Of a DNA stretch of 64,000 nucleotides, positions 62,012 to 64,000 are shown in pieces. The DNA is from Takakia lepidozioides (Eukaryota; Plantae; Bryophyta): positions 66,278,001 to 66,342,000 of the forward strand of contig CM060731.1 in NCBI GenBank assembly GCA_030704615.1, in the 5' to 3' direction. The position numbers and the translations under genes were made by a program. Under the pieces are notes generated by a model. That model was not told the DNA's origin and did no database searches. It saw nothing but the letters and a program-made list of their open reading frames with translations. Every line of letters begins with the position of its first letter. The stretch's first letter is position 1.

Positions 62012-63913
62012 TCACCTCGTGGCATGTCGGTGTGCCCCATTCCGACATGGGCCAAGGCACAAGTGGCTGCCATCACAGCCAGGGCAGTAATAGTGAGTAC
62101 GAACTTGACACACAACACACAAACGCCGCCTTGTCGTGTGAAGGCACTTATGCACAAACGTGCATTCCACATCCCCAGTGGTGTCCATGTTGTTAGTGCA
62201 GCAGCCCGCTGTCAATCCGTATGCCAAAACCAGATTGAATTCGAGATGTGTCATGACCGGGCGCCCCATCCTTCTCTCCATTGCAGAATGCAATATATAC
62301 GCATTCACCACTGTGGTATCCAGAAGAAAGAAAACCCCACGATGCCACCACTTCTTTGTGCGCAGTTGCAAGCTATACGCACCCCTCAGCTGGTCCTGCA
62401 CATCTACTCCTCGCATATACGTTTGGTATTGCACGTGAGCAGGCACGGATGACACAGACACTCTTTGGTTTCCCACAAAACGGTGTACAGTCACAGGAGA
62501 GGAAGGGCTGCATGTTGGCCCGGCTGCAGTGACAGTAAAAAAACCCCATTCTTCTCCCACCATAACAAAGCAGCCACCTCCCTTGAATCATGCATCCTGT
62601 ACCATGACTGCCCTTGCTTGACAGTCTTGGATTTCTTCATTTTCAGCAAAGAGGGAGGGAGACCCTTTCGGTTCAATCTGACTGTGCCAGTGGCCCAAGT
62701 GCCAAGCTTCGCCAAGTCATACAGAAGCTGACCAGAGGTAAAGTAATTGTCAGTGACAGTGATATGGCCCAAACCATGCAGCCCTTCAGTCAGCCGGCAA
62801 ACAACATCGTACCCTTCTCCCTTCCCACTTTTCTGCCTCTGGCCATCTGGCCCTCCTGCATTCTTACCAGAGTAAAAACAGAAATTGTAGACATATGAAG
62901 TCTCCGAGTCAGCAGTGGCCCACACCTTTATGCCCCACTTGCATGGTTTCTTAGGCATATACATCCTAATTGGACGACATCTCCCCTTCTAACGAATCAT
63001 GACCTCATCAACGGTCACCATTTTGTTTAGATTCCAAAGGCTTTTACACCTATCAACAATCTCATCACACACCCACATTAGCTTTCCAAGCTTGTCGTAA
63101 TTGCGATTTTTCCGATCCGCCACCAAAGTGGCGTTGTCAACAAGATGCAAACAGCGGAGGATGGCCTCGTACCTATCTCTCATCATCACTTTGCGGATGA
63201 CAGGACAAAAGAAGAATTGCTCCGAATGTTGCCAGTACAAGCGAGTTCGGGGTAGCTTCTTCATGCCCATGAAGACACAAATGCCAATCCAAGCCCTCAA
63301 CTCACGAACAGTGAGGCTCTTTCCACTTAGGCCCCCCACGAGTGCCCGCACCCAAAGCCTCACATGCATAACGATTGGACTCCCTACATATCCGTGCAAG
63401 CACATGTTGTCTCCAAAACAAACGAAAGAACCAAACAAGATGTGAGCCCTTTATATCTGGCAGGCAAGGACCAGGTACAGGGCCAGTAACAACACCTCTA
63501 TCAATTGCAAACTCAGAGCAAACATTGGACTCCCTAGTCACATGCTTGAATATCTTGACAAAATCGGCGGTTGGCTCCTCATTGCACTCCATGTCAATCC
63601 CATCATTCTCCTAGTTGCATTCATCGGCAGAGTCCCCCATGTAGCCATCGTCACCCTCAAAATCCTCATCCATGTCCGACGAGGCCTCATCATGCCCAAA
63701 ACTCCCATTAGTAGACCCCTCCCCAAAATTCACAGTACCCCGCCCAGCACCCCCAGTATTGGGATGCAACTCCCCCAAAGCCACCCGACCCACGGCCACC
63801 ATCCTCCCCGGACTCAGAGACCCGCCAACACACCCCACATTCACCGGCAGACCACCAGCCTCTCCCCCAATCCCAGAATTCACTCCATGACTAGTTTTTT
63901 TTCCTGATGACAC
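62012..63913 (-). mobile_element. Decayed piggyBac-superfamily transposase; the element continues past the window end
   Basis: Catalytic-triad motifs VTVDEVMI, VTDNYFTS and MRGVDVQDQ. YMPKKPCKWGIKVW, ATGTVRLNRKGLP, KKWWHR and VVNAYIL. C-terminal Cys-rich domain CVVC...YYCPGC...LC.GPC. In-frame TAG at 62989 and 63611; frameshifts near 62530 and 63320. Confidence 0.9.
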
Positions 63914-64000
63914 CCTTGGGAGGTGCTGTCACACTTGTAGGAAGAGACCTCTTTGCACGAGCCAAAACCTTCAGACGACTAACTGTTGGCATCGGGCCAA

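Noticed and set aside
62989-62991. Programmed readthrough of the in-frame TAG in the piggyBac transposase
   Set aside because: Additional frameshifts and another stop show ordinary decay.

Overview
This is eukaryotic nuclear DNA from a land plant. The PLS-class PPR motif style (YAQHG/YAKCG, 'EGVKPD') suggests a non-seed plant, but the species cannot be determined here. Three genes look intact: an intronless 1128-1136 aa ankyrin + two-CCCH zinc finger + RRM gene (+, 6.7-10.1 kb), a 13-exon DDX24/MAK5(RH13)-type DEAD-box helicase (-, 17.8-25.6 kb) and a 9-exon DDX6/Dhh1(RH6/8/12)-type DEAD-box helicase (-, 29.0-35.2 kb). A small coiled-coil gene probably lies at 26.8-27.3 kb. A diverged paralog of the ANK-CCCH-RRM gene sits head-to-head at 1-3.0 kb; its lesions are confined to about 370 bp around the first zinc finger and both halves remain open. 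The rest is decayed PLS/E-class PPR genes, LINE, gypsy and hAT remnants, and a short ndhK plastid insertion. There are also three piggyBac-type signals, which is unusual for a land plant: a decayed transposase (62-64 kb), a 1.17 kb TTAA-flanked non-autonomous element (37.3-38.5 kb), and a 4.9 kb element with perfect 18-bp CCCC-ended TIRs and a TCTA target duplication carrying amplified PPR-gene fragments (55.8-60.7 kb). No rRNA, tRNA or CRISPR array could be supported. All calls come from manual reading; no database searches were run.
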